DNA from: Trypanosoma brucei
Lineage: Eukaryota
Reading direction: 5' to 3'
Assembly: GCA_000002445.1 (NCBI GenBank)
Contig: CM000208.1
Location: forward strand, 2,144,001 to 2,208,000
DNA length: 64,000 nucleotides
Shown: piece after piece, positions 63,912 to 64,000 of the stretch
Layout: every line of letters begins with the position of its first letter
How positions within the stretch are numbered: position 1 is the stretch's first letter
Notes under the pieces: generated by a model
Seen by the model: only the letters and a program-made list of their open reading frames with translations
The model's database searches: none
What the model was told of the DNA's origin: nothing
Program-made: the position numbers and the translations under genes

Positions 63912-64000
63912 TGACGCTGATGCGCATCGTATCCCTTTAGGGTAAAGCCTCTGGCTGCACCGCGGTTCTTTAGGAATAAGGTAGCCACCAGTTGTTTCGG

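Overview
Evidence for the overall picture comes from three observations. The window shows kinetoplastid (Trypanosoma-like) nuclear gene organisation: about 23 intron-less protein-coding ORFs, all on the + strand and separated by 0.4-3.6 kb spacers, consistent with a single polycistronic transcription unit. The spacers carry polypyrimidine tracts followed by AG just upstream of the CDSs (trans-splice/polyadenylation architecture). They also carry abundant microsatellites, (TA)n, (GT)n, (TTA)n, (TCA)n and G-runs. No strand switch, rRNA, tRNA, SL-RNA or transposon ORF was seen.

Products called from motifs read in the translations:
- choline/ethanolamine phosphotransferase, from the CDP-alcohol phosphatidyltransferase motif
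- RagC/D GTPase
- TRM6/Gcd10, the non-catalytic subunit of the tRNA m1A58 methyltransferase
- Pus7/TruD pseudouridine synthase, from the NYFGTQRFG motif
- a small MscS-like mechanosensitive channel
- a leucine-rich-repeat protein
- a DEDDh-type (Maelstrom/RNase T-like) exonuclease-fold protein
- a degenerate, HPD-less J-domain multi-pass membrane protein
- three very large (>1500 aa) alpha-helical proteins of unknown function
- a cluster of mitochondrial-presequence basic DNA-binding proteins that look kinetoplast-associated (KAP-like): three HMG-box genes, two of them an exact 536-bp tandem duplicate, plus a lysine-rich H1-like gene, and a fourth HMG-box paralogue at 16.8 kb.

The most unusual protein is a 585-aa ORF that combines a CCCH zinc finger with a C-terminal cytidine-deaminase (CDA-fold) domain in which all catalytic residues are intact. 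This is a candidate RNA/tRNA C-to-U deaminase.

Method note: the supplied ORF track evidently accepts TTG, GTG and CTG as starts. Several of its 'M' starts are not ATG, so I trimmed those CDSs to the first in-frame ATG. Coordinates derived from the ORF track are reliable; positions read off the sequence lines may be off by 1 nt.
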